Source: an uncultured Chthonomonadaceae bacterium
GTDB lineage: Bacteria > Armatimonadota > Chthonomonadetes > Chthonomonadales > Chthonomonadaceae
Reading direction: 5' to 3'
Length of the DNA: 62,132 bases
Assembly: GCA_963835065.1 (NCBI GenBank)
Contig: CAWIEK010000007.1
Location: forward strand, 1-62,132
Below the pieces are notes generated by a model. It was not told where the DNA came from, searched no databases, and saw only the letters and a program-made list of their open reading frames with translations. The position numbers and the translations under genes are program-made. This document shows, one piece after another, positions 60,901 through 62,132 of the stretch (the first letter of the stretch is position 1; each line of letters begins with the position of its first letter).

Positions 60901-61266
60901 GCCCTGCGCGGCCTGCGCTTTCCAGTAGGCGAGAAACTCACCACGCAGTCCCAACTCGCGCCCCATTACGGACAACATTCCCGCGTACCATTGTTCCGCA
61001 GTCAGGTTACTGCCGAGTTTCGTCAGGTCTACAAAGACGGTGCGGACGCCCGCCTGCTGCAATCGGCCCCTTGTGCGAACGCACAGGCTGGACTTGCCCA
61101 TCTGCCGACTGTTGAGGACGTAGCAGTATTCGCCCGCCAGCAGACTGTTGTACAGGTCAGTGTCCGCCTGACGTTCCACATACGAAGCGGCATCCGCAGG
61201 CAGCGTGCCGCCCGTGATGTAAAAGGCGGCAGGCAACGGTGAAGGTGACAGGTCAACAGTAGTCAT
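57964..61266 (-). CDS. STAND (AAA_35-like) NTPase - hydrophobic helix - WD40 repeat protein; shifts near 60075, 59135, 59045 and 58800
   Basis: [39 protein letters not shown]; then many WD40 repeats across consecutive ORFs. Confidence 0.85.
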
Positions 61267-61673
61267 GGCGTTTCTCAGCCTTCCGGGAAACCGAACAAAA
61301 TTCCAGTGGGGGACGACATACCATGCAGGAGGGAGCCAAAGAAGCGGCTGGAATTCGGAAGAAGAAACGCCAACCGCCGCCACAGAACACCACCTACATC
61401 GGACAATCCAACTGCAACACTACAGATGACTTTTCTATTCGCCGGGCAAACGGTATTATCCTTGTGGCAACATCAGCGAAATGTGTGAACTTTTTAACAG
61501 GAGTGGTGTCGACTTTGGCATTGTGCCGTCAGGATCGGGTGTACGGCATTAGCGGCAAACGCATTAGGCTGTTTTTGCCTAACACATTATGTTGAAATCC
61601 TAATTCTAACCGAAAAGTGGTAGCATATAGTAGTTGTTTTCATTGAAATGTATTTTCTTTCAAGGAGAACCCG

Positions 61674-61916
61674 ATGGAAAGTCAAACCTATAGTACATTT
61701 TCTGTCCGGTTGCCGTCAGAACTGCATGTGCGCTCCACAGCAACGGCGCAGCGGCGCGGCGACAGCCTGAACGCTCTGATACAGGAAGCGCTTACGCGTC
61801 TTGTTGCCGAAGAGGAAGCGCGTCAACTCTATGAAGGCTTCACGCAGTTGGGCGAGGATGCCGAAATGAGTGACGTTGCTTATATGTTCCCGGCAGCGGC
61901 GGAGGTCATGTTTTAG
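61674..61916 (+). CDS. Ribbon-helix-helix (HicB/CopG-like) putative antitoxin
   Basis: FSVRLPSELH...A...GDSLNALI; AAGGAG RBS. Confidence 0.75.
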   Translation: MESQTYSTFSVRLPSELHVRSTATAQRRGDSLNALIQEALTRLVAEEEARQLYEGFTQLGEDAEMSDVAYMFPAAAEVMF

Positions 61917-61955
61917 TTGGTCGTACCAAGTCTACTAGAATTGGAGTGAAATGCT

Positions 61956-62132
61956 ATGCCTGTGCAAACATTTGAAGCCATAACAGACGCCAACGGCAAC
62001 GTTCGGTTTGCCGACACGGTGCGCCTCCCCGCGCATACAAAAGTGTATGTTCTCGTCCCGGAGCAAACGACGCCCTACGCCGAGATTGTGCTGGCAACCG
62101 ACGAATTGCCCGCATCTTCCCTGCGCTTTCCG
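61956..62132 (+). CDS. Small antitoxin-like hypothetical protein, truncated by the window end
   Basis: GGAG RBS; MPVQTFEAITDANGNVRFADTVRLPAHTKVYVLVP... Confidence 0.6.
   Translation, partial: MPVQTFEAITDANGNVRFADTVRLPAHTKVYVLVPEQTTPYAEIVLATDELPASSLRFP

Overview
This is a GC-rich bacterial chromosomal window; gene content and repeat style suggest Armatimonadota, which is an inference. Housekeeping genes (pyrD, rseP, dxr, rpsU, hslV, radC, trpS, lysA, polyprenyl synthase, menG, tRNA-Arg(CCG)) and sugar-catabolism genes are interleaved with many accessory elements. (1) rtcB, an RNA ligase gene, is split at its GGG|NHF active-site motif by a 1036-nt group I intron with recognisable P1, P7 and P10 pairings and a LAGLIDADG homing endonuclease. 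A separate AT-rich recoded patch covers the known RtcB intein site. (2) An HNH gene is disrupted both by a 2.9-kb composite element of two inverted ~270-bp MITEs carrying a Phd/RelE toxin-antitoxin pair and by an IS5-family element. (3) Two NLR-like genes are adjacent: STAND-WD40 and cyclase-TIR-STAND. (4) A duplicated locus with an ECF-type promoter is a candidate small RNA or micropeptide gene. (5) A tnpB-only IS200/IS605 element has a reconstructable TTAC target site. (6) There are a TIGR04255-like three-gene cassette and a split methylase/nuclease cassette. (7) Inverted heptamer tandem repeats occur throughout the intergenic spaces. About eleven single-base frameshifts, one of them in pyrD, suggest uncorrected long-read errors. 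Family assignments come from motif recognition by eye, not from database searches.
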